Positions 37,605-48,720 are shown, numbered from the stretch's first letter. The stretch: 64,000 nt of DNA from Candidatus Hermodarchaeota archaeon (GCA_048885925.1 JBHLLG010000008.1:1-64000), one strand, 5' to 3'. Program-made: numbers and translations. The notes: generated by a model from the sequence alone, not told the origin.

Positions 37605-38891
37605 ATGATGAAATCTGAGAAAAAGAATCGAGTTGTTCTTAGAGTAAAAAATCTTAAGACATACTACCCTATTTTAGGTGGGCTCTTTAGACGCACAATT
37701 GGATATGTTAAAGCGGTAGATGGAGTTACTTTTAATCTCTATAAGCAAGAAACACTTGGTCTAGTTGGAGAAAGTGGATGTGGTAAAACTTCAATTGGAA
37801 ACACAATTTTAAATATTGTTCCAGCTACTTCAGGAGAAATTACATATGAAAATAGAGTTATTGTTAGTGGAAGCGATCAGAAAAAAGAAAGAATACTACA
37901 TCTAAGAAATGAAAGTAGTTTTAAGCATATTATATTTATACCAATTTATCGCTTTCTGAGTGGGCTAATTAATTACTTAAAACCAGGTATTAAGAAAATT
38001 TATCGAATTACCCGGGATTATCTCGCAAGAAAATATCCATCATTAAAAAATATGTTCATTGAAATAACATCCATATTTAAACAAAATTATCGTAATTACT
38101 TAAAAATTGAACGTCCTTATAATAAAGATTTACATAAAAAGATTCAAGTTGTATTTCAAGATCCTGATGCTTCTTTAAATCCTCGATGGAGAGTGGTTAA
38201 CATAATCGGTGAACCTCTTCGAATTTTGGTAAAAATGAGAAAAAGAAAAAACATTCGTAAACGCGTTCTGGAAGTTTTAGAAACAGTTTCAATGAAATTG
38301 GAACATTTAGATCGATATCCACATGAATTCTCTGGCGGTCAAAAACAAAGAATTGTAATAGCTAGAGCTCTTGCATGTAATCCTGAAATAATTATTTTAG
38401 ATGAACCAACTTCCGCTCTCGATGTATCAGTTCAAGCCCAGATTTTGAATTTATTAAAAAAACTTCAAAAAAAATTTAATTTGTCTTTTCTATTTATTAC
38501 CCATGATCTAAGTGTAATACAACATATAGCAGATAGAATTGCAGTAATGTATCTTGGTAAATTTGTAGAGACTGGAACCATTGAAGAAGTTTTTTACAAT
38601 CCAACACATCCATATACTAAGGCACTGTTATCAGCTCGACCTACATTCGATCCGAGCTCAAAACGAAGTAGAATAATATTAAAAGGCGATGTACCAAGTC
38701 CGATAAATCCTCCAATAGGGTGTCCTTTTAATCCTAGATGTCAAGAAAAAGATAAACACGTTGGATGTGGTATTGACCAACCAAGAAAAATACATCTTGG
38801 GGGAGAACACTACATGTATTGCTTACCGTTAAAAGAAGAAAAACCCTCATATGAAGGAAGAGAATTTATCTCGGATACTTGGCAAACTTAA
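37605..38891 (+). CDS. dppF: Oligopeptide ABC ATPase with basic insertion
   Basis: GESGCGKT, YPHEFSGGQKQR, DEPTSALD, GCPFNPRC. Confidence 0.93.
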   Translation: MMKSEKKNRVVLRVKNLKTYYPILGGLFRRTIGYVKAVDGVTFNLYKQETLGLVGESGCGKTSIGNTILNIVPATSGEITYENRVIVSGSDQKKERILHLRNESSFKHIIFIPIYRFLSGLINYLKPGIKKIYRITRDYLARKYPSLKNMFIEITSIFKQNYRNYLKIERPYNKDLHKKIQVVFQDPDASLNPRWRVVNIIGEPLRILVKMRKRKNIRKRVLEVLETVSMKLEHLDRYPHEFSGGQKQRIVIARALACNPEIIILDEPTSALDVSVQAQILNLLKKLQKKFNLSFLFITHDLSVIQHIADRIAVMYLGKFVETGTIEEVFYNPTHPYTKALLSARPTFDPSSKRSRIILKGDVPSPINPPIGCPFNPRCQEKDKHVGCGIDQPRKIHLGGEHYMYCLPLKEEKPSYEGREFISDTWQT

Positions 38892-39381
38892 TTATTCACA
38901 ATATTTTTGATTTAACTTTTTCTTTTTACATTCGCATTATTAATTCTAGCAAATAAGATATCTCGAAGATTTAATCTTTTTCTATTTTATTAGCTATAGT
39001 TATATTCAATAGCTAAAAAATTCTATCGCCTTAAGAACATTAGTATAAAATTCACAGAATCGGATTATCTTGACTAAATTTAAATTTCTAATAAAGATTT
39101 ATTAAATATAGGAGAATAAAATAAGTGTGAGGTTTAAATTGAGAATTACGTATTTTTTGATGAAGAGATTTATCCTGATAAACATAAAAGAAATTCAGTC
39201 TTTAAACTTAAAGAATGGAATTATTCTAGATCTTTGGGCTTCTAATATCTATAATAGGTTTAGATCTAAAAAAAATTGTATAACAACAAAATGTTCTTTT
39301 TATATATTACAATAATCTTGATATATTATATTAAATTTAGAGAATTAAATTAGGACAACTTTAATAATAAAAAGCAATAGG

Positions 39382-40638
39382 ATGGATATTTCAGATTTAA
39401 AATTACATAATAATAAAGAGACAATAGGACATATAAATTATTTAGTTTTTGAGCGTATAGCAGGAACAAAAGGAGAATCTAAAGCAATCAACTACATTCA
39501 AAAAGAATTAAATAAAGAAAATATAGAAAATAAAGTTGAATCCTTTAATTGGTCTAGTACGATTAATATTTTAGTAAAATCTATAATTATTTTCGTATTT
39601 GGTACATCTGTTCTTTATGAGATATTTATCTGGTTGAAAATTTTATGGTTTATGATTATTCTTGATTTAACTTTTATTGTAATAACATATATTCTTTTCA
39701 TAAATTTTCATGACATGACCCGGTTAATTTTAATTGGTAGAGCCAAAAAATCCAAAAACATCATAACTAATATCTCAGCAGTGGAAAAAAAAAAAAACCG
39801 CCCTGCCATTATTTTTACTGCTCATTATGATTCCTTATCTTCAAATTATCCATATAATGTAAAAAGATATTATTATCTAATAGTAATAATTATTGGTTTT
39901 TCCTATATTACTTCCACACTGATTTTTTCCATTTGGACAGTTCTAACATATTTTTCCGACAATTTTGTTACTGAATTATATACTTTATTATTGGATAAAT
40001 CAATCGATTTTTCCTATGTGTCATTTTTATTTTTGCTTATTTCGAGTGCTATACTTCTATACAATAGGGAACGAAATCAATCGCTTGGTTCAATTGATAA
40101 CGCTAGTGGTATTTCAATCCTAATTGAGCTCGCGAAAATTTTAAACAAAGATCCTCCCAAAAATATAGATATTCTATTCTTATGGTGCGGAGCTGAAGAA
40201 TGGGGTTTATGGGGGTCTAAACAATTCTGTCTAATGCATTTTGACGAATTGAATGAGGAATATGATCTTGATAAATCTTATAACATCAATATTGATATGG
40301 TAGGGACGAATATCGGATTAATAAATAAAACGGGTTTATTTAAGAAAAGAAAAGGAAATGAAAAATTGATTAATGTTATAGAAACTTCAGCAAAAAGATT
40401 AAATATACCTTTAGATAAGCAGAATTTAACTATCGAACCAAGAAGCGATCACAATTCATTTCGATCATTTGCTAAAAAAGAAAAAAAAAAAATGCAGGTT
40501 TGTTGTTTTCTATCAAATAAAGATTCAAAATTCATTCATACATCGCGAGACACTCCAAATAAATGCTCATCCAAAAACCTTAATGGTTGTTTAGCTATTT
40601 GTTATAATACGATTAAAAGTTTAGATTTACAATCATAA
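39382..40638 (+). CDS. Membrane-embedded M28 family peptidase
   Basis: AHYDS, DNASG, GAEEWG, NIDMVG, RSDH, IHT..DT with inserted TM hairpins. Confidence 0.87.
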   Translation: MDISDLKLHNNKETIGHINYLVFERIAGTKGESKAINYIQKELNKENIENKVESFNWSSTINILVKSIIIFVFGTSVLYEIFIWLKILWFMIILDLTFIVITYILFINFHDMTRLILIGRAKKSKNIITNISAVEKKKNRPAIIFTAHYDSLSSNYPYNVKRYYYLIVIIIGFSYITSTLIFSIWTVLTYFSDNFVTELYTLLLDKSIDFSYVSFLFLLISSAILLYNRERNQSLGSIDNASGISILIELAKILNKDPPKNIDILFLWCGAEEWGLWGSKQFCLMHFDELNEEYDLDKSYNINIDMVGTNIGLINKTGLFKKRKGNEKLINVIETSAKRLNIPLDKQNLTIEPRSDHNSFRSFAKKEKKKMQVCCFLSNKDSKFIHTSRDTPNKCSSKNLNGCLAICYNTIKSLDLQS

Positions 40639-40894
40639 TTAAAAGAAAAAAATTTAGAATCTCTAGTATTTAATTTTAGAATTGTTAATTAGATATTTTT
40701 AATAATCTTCCATTTAACTCGTTTATTTTTTAGTCTATAACCCTAATTTAAACTATTTGTAAATCTTAGTTACACAAAGGTAATGTTTTGAATTTTAAAT
40801 ATATGGAACTGAAATAACTTAAATTGAAAAATAATATTAAGAGGCTTTATCTATAATCATTTTTTTATTACTTGAAAAACTGTAAATAATAGGA

Positions 40895-41389
40895 CTACCA
40901 AACCATAGGAACACGATAATCTGGAAAGATAGCTTGGTAAATTGCTAAAAAAGCTATTAAAATCACTATTAATAATATAATAAGAATTATTAATCCTTTA
41001 ATATCGCTTGGAGAAAATCGAACTTTTGTTTTAACTTTATATTTAGGTGTTGCTATTTTTTGAATAAGCCACTTTTTATAAGATTTTGTTGGTTTACCAT
41101 CCTTTAATGGATTTTCACCTGATGAATTTTTAAAATATTCTTGAATTTCAGCTGTATTTACGGCATCACATGCCTTTTTAATTAATATTCTATTGCTAAT
41201 AAAATCAAAACTTGAAAAACAAATAACTATAATAGGTATGGATATATACCAATAAAATACTACAAACAATACAAAACGAATCACATAATAATAATAAAAT
41301 GTAGCTAAAGCGATTAAAAAAATCATTACAGCAATAAAGATAAAACATTTAACATCTTCCTTATTTGGTAAAGGTATGTGATTTAGCAT
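40895..41389 (-). CDS. Small membrane protein, unknown function
   Basis: 164 aa, three hydrophobic segments. Confidence 0.6.
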   Translation of the reverse strand: MLNHIPLPNKEDVKCFIFIAVMIFLIALATFYYYYVIRFVLFVVFYWYISIPIIVICFSSFDFISNRILIKKACDAVNTAEIQEYFKNSSGENPLKDGKPTKSYKKWLIQKIATPKYKVKTKVRFSPSDIKGLIILIILLIVILIAFLAIYQAIFPDYRVPMVW

Positions 41390-41964
41390 TTTCTGAAATT
41401 TCGATTTTTAAATGATTTATATTTAATAATTTTTTATTTAATTATTTATTTTTTTATTTTAAAGAATAAAAAGTTAATCAGTAAAAATACTAATTTTCCC
41501 GATATTATGAATTTAATAAACCAATAAAATTTATTGTCAGCATTCAACAGATATTTATGTTATTTATTTAATGTAATCTTTATTGAGGAAAATAATAAAT
41601 AACATATTAAATACGATTGCCTTGTCTATCTAACGAGACTCAGGATTATTAGTAAGATTTACATTAGATTTCGTTTAAAAATCAACCTTTTTTTTCTTCT
41701 GGATGTAAATTTATTTGATCTTAACAAAATATTGAAAAATTGTAGTTGATATAATTAATAAGGTGAAATCACAACTAGAATTGCAGATTGGTATTTTTTT
41801 ATGAAATAAATACAGCCTGCACTAAACTTCCTATTATATAAGTAGTTTTAGCAATAAACTCCATTCTTTTTATTATTAAAAGGTTATTTATCTCAAATTT
41901 GGTAAAGAAAAAAATTTTAAAGAAAAGGTTATCTTATAGTTTCAAGAAATTAAAATATTATGCG

Positions 41965-43137
41965 ATGATGATAAAAAATTCTCAAGTATATGCAATTAAA
42001 ACCTCTCCAAAAACAGTCTTTACTGACTACAAAAGACTAATGCATTTGGCAAATTATGAGAAATTTTACAAAAAAGAAAATAAAACTATTATTAAGTTAA
42101 ATCTAAGTTGGTCAAAGTTTTTTCCTGCATGTTCTAGCCCTCCATGGCAAGTGGAAGGAGTGCTAAAAACTATGATTGAGGATGGTTTTAACCCTAAAAG
42201 GCTTTTTACAGCTGAAAATAGAACTGTGGTAACTAATATAGAAAAAGGATTAAGAGGAAATAAATGGGGACCGATTCTCAGCAAATATAAAGTTTGGTTT
42301 GTTCCTTTAACTAAAATCCCTTTTATTCCTTATGAATCTTTAAGGTCAAAATTTCTTACATTAAAGAATAAAAAATTATTTGTATTAGATTCTAAAATAT
42401 TTCCAGAAGGTTTTTTTATCCCAAAGTTTTATGTTGGAAAACCAATCATACATCTCCCTACAATGAAAACCCATGGTCATACTGGAGCTATTGGAGGCTC
42501 ACTTAAAAAGACTAATGAAGAAATGAAACATGGGGGCATAACTTGTGCTATGAAAAATGCTTTTGGAGGGCTTTTAACAAAAAGAAGACATTTCTCACAT
42601 CAATATATGTCTGAAGTATTAGTTGATTTACTAATTATACAAAAGCAAATTCACCCCAGTATATTAGCTATTGTAGATGGTACTGTTTGTGGCGACGGCG
42701 CTGGTCCAAGAACAATGGTACCTCGTATTAAAAATTATATTCTTGCGGGTTACGACCAAGTTGCTGTTGATACGGTTGTTGCTAAAATGATGGGTTTTGA
42801 ACCTTTAAAATTACCTTCAATAAACATAGCTCACGATGAAGGTTTGGGATGTGGAGATTTCAACCAAATTGAAATCCTTGGTGAAGATATTCCTAATATT
42901 AATTGGAATTTTAAAGTTAAGCGAAGTCTAGTAATTTGGGGTGATCAAATGGTACGAAAAGGTTTTCTACAATTTCTCTATCCTTTGTTTAGAAATGAAT
43001 TATTCTTCTTAGGACCAACCTTTGCTTCCATGATTTATCATGATATGATATGGTACCCAACTATTGGTAAACGAAGAATTAAGAAATTTTTTCAAACTGA
43101 ATGGGGCAAATTGTTTTTAAGTTACCCTAAAAATTAA
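41965..43137 (+). CDS. DUF362 family protein
   Basis: IIKLNLSW..FFPACS, LPTMKTH, AMKNAFGG, GDGAGP, DQVAVD. Confidence 0.82.
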   Translation: MMIKNSQVYAIKTSPKTVFTDYKRLMHLANYEKFYKKENKTIIKLNLSWSKFFPACSSPPWQVEGVLKTMIEDGFNPKRLFTAENRTVVTNIEKGLRGNKWGPILSKYKVWFVPLTKIPFIPYESLRSKFLTLKNKKLFVLDSKIFPEGFFIPKFYVGKPIIHLPTMKTHGHTGAIGGSLKKTNEEMKHGGITCAMKNAFGGLLTKRRHFSHQYMSEVLVDLLIIQKQIHPSILAIVDGTVCGDGAGPRTMVPRIKNYILAGYDQVAVDTVVAKMMGFEPLKLPSINIAHDEGLGCGDFNQIEILGEDIPNINWNFKVKRSLVIWGDQMVRKGFLQFLYPLFRNELFFLGPTFASMIYHDMIWYPTIGKRRIKKFFQTEWGKLFLSYPKN

Positions 43138-43171
43138 TGCCTCAATTTTTATTAATTCTACATAAAAAACT

Positions 43172-43954
43172 TTATATTAACATATCTCTAATTAATTCTT
43201 TATAATCCAGATCAAAACTAGACTTTTTCAATTTTAAATGAAGAAAAAATTCTTTAGATCCTTTCTTTTCTAACTGGGTTGATTTTGTTATCCCATAGAT
43301 AAAAAAATCATTATGCTTAAGCCATTGAATTAATTCAATAAGAATTTTAGAAAGTTGGTTAGAATTATTTATTCTTCTAAATTTTTCCTGGGTATGAAAA
43401 TCTATTTCGAAAAGGGGTTTTACTAATGCAAGAATATCACCTTCTTTTCTCAATAAATTTTTCACATTAGGTAAAACTTCTCTTAATGATGTAAATGTTA
43501 TATCTATTGTACATAAATCCACTAATTCATCGATTGGTAATGAATTACGAGCATCAACACCCGATATTGGTATAATTTTATCCTGCAATGTTTCATTTAG
43601 TAATGAAGTATGGAGTAAATTAGTAGCTGTGTCAATTGCATATACTTTTAAAGCTCCCTTCTTTATTAAGCAATCTGTAAAACCTCCCACAGAAGCTCCA
43701 ATATCTACACAAACCTTCTTCTTAACATCAATTGAAAAATCCTCTATTGCTTTTTCTAATTTTATTCCCCCACGGCCAACATAAGGAAACTCTTTTAATA
43801 AGCGGATTTCGATAAATTTTTCAAATCTCTTGCTCGGTTTCGAAATAATTTTACTATTGACAAATATATAACCATTTCTTATTAGCCATTGTGCTTTAGT
43901 TCTACTCTCGGCCAATCCTCGTTCTACTAATAGAATATCAATCCTTTCTTTCAT
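43172..43954 (-). CDS. tlyA: TlyA-family rRNA 2'-O-methyltransferase (S4 + FtsJ-like domain)
   Basis: RIDILLVERGLAESR, YVGRGGIKL, DIGASVGGFTDCL, LVKPLFE. Confidence 0.88.
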   Translation of the reverse strand: MKERIDILLVERGLAESRTKAQWLIRNGYIFVNSKIISKPSKRFEKFIEIRLLKEFPYVGRGGIKLEKAIEDFSIDVKKKVCVDIGASVGGFTDCLIKKGALKVYAIDTATNLLHTSLLNETLQDKIIPISGVDARNSLPIDELVDLCTIDITFTSLREVLPNVKNLLRKEGDILALVKPLFEIDFHTQEKFRRINNSNQLSKILIELIQWLKHNDFFIYGITKSTQLEKKGSKEFFLHLKLKKSSFDLDYKELIRDMLI

Positions 43955-45071
43955 TTAATATTAATTTTTCTCTATTTTTTAACATCTCTTCAATTCTACT
44001 TGTTAAACCTAAACTTAATCTACTAATTTGTACTTTTACTGACGCTTTAGCGCCCCATTTTTTATAAATAGCTCGAAATAATAAACCTAAAAAGATAAAC
44101 GTACCTATAGCTGAGAACCAAATAGTTATTAAGTTTAACTGTTTTAAAAATAAAAAATATAAAATATTATGAGAAAGATAAATAGTGAGAGAATAATAAG
44201 AATAATAAAACAAAAATTTATAGCTTTTTTTTGTATCAGTTATTATAAATTCTTCAAATATTAATAAAATTGAAAATAATAGAATATCTATTCCTAGTGA
44301 ATAAATTATCCAAGAGAGACTTATTCTATCTGTAAAATTGGGAAATTTAAGCAGGATCCCCACAATTATTAAAGATATTCCTGTTATTATGGTAGGAATA
44401 ATGAAATTGTTTTTTAGGATTTTTTTATTATTTATATGATTTTTTTGTATATACGCATCGTATAAAAGATCTCCTATAACTGTTCCAAATAAAAAAAATG
44501 GAAAAAATACCAATATGGGATCTTGGTTAATATCATGATATATAAAATGATAAATAACTCCTAAAATGTTCATATCTCCCTTAAAAGGTGATAGAATTAT
44601 TATTAGGAATTCATGGAGCAAAATAATCCCTATTCCAATAAATACTCTAAAAATTTTTGAAGTTCTTAAAAGAGGCCATGCTATAAATAAGGATACTGCG
44701 GCAGTTAATAAAACAAACCATGTCCAAATGTATGAAGGATTGAATAATGTTATTGCTGTTGGAATATTGTAAAATATTGCAATGATGAAAATAAAAAGTG
44801 TCCGAAAAAAGTAAGCATTCTTTATCATTCTAGAATTATAATCTTCAGAAATCTTTGCTTTTAAGAGATTTCTCCTATGAGATATCATAGTGCTTATACC
44901 AGAAATAAATAAAAACCCAGAAGCTCCAATTGGATCTAATATCCTTACTGTGATACTATGTAAAAACATAAATTCGCTTTTCACCCACCAGGCAATTACA
45001 TGATTTAAAACCATCCAACTCATGCATAAACCACGGAAAATGTCAATACTTTTTAATCTTAGGTTTTTCAT
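43938..45071 (-). CDS. DUF1624/HGSNAT-like membrane acyltransferase
   Basis: RLKSIDIFRGL...M...H, FLFISGIS, SLTIYLSH; multi-TM. Confidence 0.75.
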   Translation of the reverse strand: MKNLRLKSIDIFRGLCMSWMVLNHVIAWWVKSEFMFLHSITVRILDPIGASGFLFISGISTMISHRRNLLKAKISEDYNSRMIKNAYFFRTLFIFIIAIFYNIPTAITLFNPSYIWTWFVLLTAAVSLFIAWPLLRTSKIFRVFIGIGIILLHEFLIIILSPFKGDMNILGVIYHFIYHDINQDPILVFFPFFLFGTVIGDLLYDAYIQKNHINNKKILKNNFIIPTIITGISLIIVGILLKFPNFTDRISLSWIIYSLGIDILLFSILLIFEEFIITDTKKSYKFLFYYSYYSLTIYLSHNILYFLFLKQLNLITIWFSAIGTFIFLGLLFRAIYKKWGAKASVKVQISRLSLGLTSRIEEMLKNREKLILNERKD

Positions 45072-45174
45072 AGCAAATACTAATTCAGTTTTCTATATTA
45101 AAATCTCCTAATTTATAATTAAAATCTTTTATGAAAAGCGTTATACAAAAAAGTTAATCCTTTTTTTATTAAAC

Positions 45175-46038
45175 CTATATTAGATTATTTTGTTTATATT
45201 GCCCTATTATTTGACTAGATTTTGTAAGAGAAATTTCATCATTTATCAATCTATCAACAATATCTCTTAATTTAATTTTTAAATCATTAAATTCTTCAGT
45301 ATCTTCTCCAGTTTTCCTAAAACTCTTTGATTTTTGGAATATATGTTGTTTTAATATTTCATAGTAATTATTTTGGTTAATTTTTATTCCATTTCTTAAT
45401 GCTAGAATTAATGCAGCTGTTTCATGTTTCGTTTTAAATCTTTTCTTTTTTGTTAGGTTTTTCATTTTTGATGATTTTGATTCATCTATTAAACTAATAT
45501 CTAGGTTACCTCTATTTTTGTAAGTTACATATAATTCCTCGATCAATTCTTTTATTATTTGTAAAACACCACTTCCGAATTTAAATTCCAACATTATTAA
45601 ATTTGGATTATTCTTTTGAAAGCATTCTACTTTATCTTTTACATATTTGATGAATTCTCTTTTGTCATATATAGTATGCGAAAGTAAGAAAAAATCGTCT
45701 AAAAAAATTACGATTCCTATCTGTTTCGTGCCAGGATCTATAGAAAATAGTAATTTTGAAAAAAATTTCTTATAATCGATTTTATATGCAGCTAACACTT
45801 GTAAAATATAGTGTTCAAAATTCTCCTCATAAGAATATGAAAGAATTCTTAAATTGTCATAAGAATTTGTAAAATTGAGAACATCTTCTGAAGTTGTCAA
45901 TATTAAAGAACTTAGTTTGGGGAATTTTTCTCTTATATTTAAAATTTCAAACTTAATATTTAATCGAATCAGTTCTTTATTTAATCTATAAAAGAAATTT
46001 AAATTCTCTGTACTAATATATAAAGTTTTATTTCTCAA
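45175..46038 (-). CDS. RNase H-fold (YqgF/RuvX-like) putative nuclease (TTG start)
   Basis: SIDPGTKQIGIV, IDESKSS, H..AALILA. Confidence 0.55.
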   Translation of the reverse strand: MRNKTLYISTENLNFFYRLNKELIRLNIKFEILNIREKFPKLSSLILTTSEDVLNFTNSYDNLRILSYSYEENFEHYILQVLAAYKIDYKKFFSKLLFSIDPGTKQIGIVIFLDDFFLLSHTIYDKREFIKYVKDKVECFQKNNPNLIMLEFKFGSGVLQIIKELIEELYVTYKNRGNLDISLIDESKSSKMKNLTKKKRFKTKHETAALILALRNGIKINQNNYYEILKQHIFQKSKSFRKTGEDTEEFNDLKIKLRDIVDRLINDEISLTKSSQIIGQYKQNNLI

Positions 46039-46082
46039 ATTATAATTATAAATATTAGATAAAATTAATAACTTTTAATTGA

Positions 46083-46772
46083 ATGAAATTTCCAATCTTA
46101 GAAATAAATAAACATTTTGCTTCAATAAATACAATACAGGGAATATTTTCGGTATTTGGTGATTTTGGTGTTGGTAAAACTACATTTGCGCTACAAATAG
46201 CCACTGAATCTGCAAAAATAGGTAAAAACGTTATATATATTTATACTAAACATAATTTCCCAGCTGAAAAAATTCTTTTACACAATTATAATTCTAAAGA
46301 GATTTTAAATAATATCATTTTTATTCAGACAACACACTTTGATGAATTAAATAAAATTATTTTTAATCTTGAATTTTTAATTTTAAATCATATAAATAAA
46401 AGAAAAATTAATTATAATTTAATTGTTGTAGATTCAATTACTAATTTATATCAATTAGAATTAAATAAGACTAATAAACAGAAAAATTATGAGTCTAATT
46501 ATAAATTAAATCAAATGCTAGCAAATTTAACCTATTTAAATGAAGCTTATGATATTGAGATCTTGATAATTAATGAAATTAGTAGAAAAAACATTAATAA
46601 TGAAATAATTGAGCTTCAAACTGGAGGAAAAGTTATGGAATATTGGGTAAATTATCAATTAAAAATTGCTAGAACTAAAAAGTTAAATGAAAGAAAGCTA
46701 ATTTTAACCGCATATCCTGAACAGAATACAACTAATTTTTTATCTATTATAAGAAAGAAAGGATTTGAATAA
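46083..46772 (+). CDS. radB: RadB-like RecA-family ATPase
   Basis: Walker A GDFGVGKT, IVVDSI, IINE, GGKVMEYW. Confidence 0.72.
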   Translation: MKFPILEINKHFASINTIQGIFSVFGDFGVGKTTFALQIATESAKIGKNVIYIYTKHNFPAEKILLHNYNSKEILNNIIFIQTTHFDELNKIIFNLEFLILNHINKRKINYNLIVVDSITNLYQLELNKTNKQKNYESNYKLNQMLANLTYLNEAYDIEILIINEISRKNINNEIIELQTGGKVMEYWVNYQLKIARTKKLNERKLILTAYPEQNTTNFLSIIRKKGFE

Positions 46773-46840
46773 GAGAGATTTTCTTACGAAATTGGTATCC
46801 AAATTTATTTCTTATCTTTAAACTTATTTTATTTAGGACA

Positions 46841-48070
46841 ATGAAAAAAAAGAAACTAACACAAATCACAGAAAGTTCAACGAAAATCTTTCTTTATGCA
46901 AATGACAATGGATTGCCTCCTTCAAAGGCTATGAATGTATTTTATAACAAAAGAATGGAACTTAATCGTGATATCTCAAATTTAGCTATTAATGCTTATG
47001 TAAATCTACATAAACCTGATGATCTACTAATTATTGATTCAATGGCCGCATCAGGAATAGGGTCTATTAGAATGTTAAAAGAGTGTCAAAAAATTGCTAA
47101 TATTGTTATTAATGATATCAATCCCGAGGCAGTTAAACTTATTAAAAAGAATTTAAAATTAAATCGTATTAACAAAACCTCAAATCAAATAAAAATTACA
47201 AATAAAGATGCAAATGCTCTTTTTTCTGAAATTACTGATAAGGGGTTAATACTTTCATCTGGGAAAAAAAAAAAGCCAAATGTTATATCAATTGATCCAT
47301 TTGGAACTCCAAATCTTTACATAGATTCTGCTTTTAAAACAATTCAGAAAAGTAATGCTCTGGTATGTATAACTGCCACGGATACAGCAGTTCTATTTGG
47401 AGTACGATCAAAAGCATGTATGAGGAAATATCTCTCTAAACCTCTCCGTAATGAGTACAGTAAAGAAATAGGTGCACGAATTTTAGTACAATTCATTGCA
47501 CGAATAGCAGCTATTAATAAAGTAGGAATCATTCCATTATTAACATTTTATTCAGGACACTTTATTAGGGTCTTCTGTTTAACATTTAAGAATAAACAAA
47601 GGATTTCAAAATTTTTAAAAAAAAACGGATACATTATACACTGCAAAAATTGTGGTTATCGCTCATCACATGGAGATAATATTTTACATTTACCCCTAGA
47701 ATGCCCTATGTGTGGAAATAAGAAATCTCTCGATTATGCCGGCCCTCTATGGGCTGATAAAATCCACGATATTAATTTCATTAATGAAATACTTCTATTA
47801 AATGAAAAATCTAAATTTTTAAATAAAAATAGAATAAGCAAAATCTTAACTTTTGCGAGGCAAGAAATTGATATGCCCATTTCATATTATAATATCCATA
47901 AACTCAGTCAAAACTTAAAACTTTCATCAATTCCAAAAATTTCAAATCTTATAAATATACTTAAAGAAAAAGGATATAAATCTTCAAGGACTCATTTTGA
48001 TTTTTTAGCTATAAAAACTGATATGGATTTAGAAACTCTAAAAAATACTTTAATTGATACAAAAAAATAG
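46841..48070 (+). CDS. trm1: tRNA (guanine26-N2)-dimethyltransferase
   Basis: VFYN.RMELNRD, NDINP, IDPFGTP, TATDTA, GPLW, RTHF. Confidence 0.94.
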   Translation: MKKKKLTQITESSTKIFLYANDNGLPPSKAMNVFYNKRMELNRDISNLAINAYVNLHKPDDLLIIDSMAASGIGSIRMLKECQKIANIVINDINPEAVKLIKKNLKLNRINKTSNQIKITNKDANALFSEITDKGLILSSGKKKKPNVISIDPFGTPNLYIDSAFKTIQKSNALVCITATDTAVLFGVRSKACMRKYLSKPLRNEYSKEIGARILVQFIARIAAINKVGIIPLLTFYSGHFIRVFCLTFKNKQRISKFLKKNGYIIHCKNCGYRSSHGDNILHLPLECPMCGNKKSLDYAGPLWADKIHDINFINEILLLNEKSKFLNKNRISKILTFARQEIDMPISYYNIHKLSQNLKLSSIPKISNLINILKEKGYKSSRTHFDFLAIKTDMDLETLKNTLIDTKK

Positions 48071-48084
48071 TTCTTTTAATAAAC

Positions 48085-48720
48085 ATGTCAAAAAAAAATG
48101 AAATGCATAAAAGAGATTATTATTATAAAAAAGCAAAGAAAGAAGGTTACCGAGCAAGATCAGCATATAAATTATTAGATATTCAAAACAAGTTTAATAT
48201 TTTTAAGAGAGCTTTTTATATCTTAGATTTGGGATGTGCGCCAGGTTCTTGGCTACAAGTTGCTAAAAAATATGGAGAAGAAAATTTAGAAAGATATAAA
48301 GATCAATATTATCACCGGAATCACTATAAGATCATGGGTATAGATATGAAAAAAATCAGCCCTATTGAAAATATTAATTTTATAAAGTTAGATATTACTA
48401 ATCCACAGTTACAAAAAGAAATAAGTAATTATTTTAATAGTGATTTAGATTTAATATTATCAGATGCATCAATTAATAAAATTGGAAACAAATTTGCTGA
48501 TCATTTAAACCAATTAAAGCTTTGTTATTTAATACTTGAAATATCCAAAAGAAATTTAAAACGTAATGGGAATTTAGTTATTAAAATCTTCCAAGGTACT
48601 GATTTTAATAAATTCAAGAATGAAATATTGTCATTATTTAGGATTGTGAAATCATATAAACCAAAATCATCTAAAAAAAGGAGTAATGAAATTTACTTAA
48701 TTGGCTTACAAAAGAAATAA
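48085..48720 (+). CDS. rlmE: 23S rRNA 2'-O-methyltransferase RlmE/FtsJ
   Basis: DYYYKKAKKEGYRARSAYKL, DLGCAPGSW, LSDA, KIFQG, SNEIY. Confidence 0.93.
   Translation: MSKKNEMHKRDYYYKKAKKEGYRARSAYKLLDIQNKFNIFKRAFYILDLGCAPGSWLQVAKKYGEENLERYKDQYYHRNHYKIMGIDMKKISPIENINFIKLDITNPQLQKEISNYFNSDLDLILSDASINKIGNKFADHLNQLKLCYLILEISKRNLKRNGNLVIKIFQGTDFNKFKNEILSLFRIVKSYKPKSSKKRSNEIYLIGLQKK

Noticed and set aside
36690-38130. ATPase insertions as inteins
   Set aside because: No Cys/Ser start, His-Asn end or LAGLIDADG motifs
39127-39315. 62 aa intergenic ORF
   Set aside because: GTG start, no motif, composition like AT-rich spacer; cannot be supported
39785-39797. A13 homopolymer in the M28 gene (similar T13 near 49315) as a phase-variation site
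   Set aside because: Frames are intact and encode Lys runs; expected in an AT-rich genome
41390-41898. 500 bp intergenic region as a possible pseudogene or ncRNA
   Set aside because: Partial translation gave short stop-interrupted frames, and no convincing structure was seen
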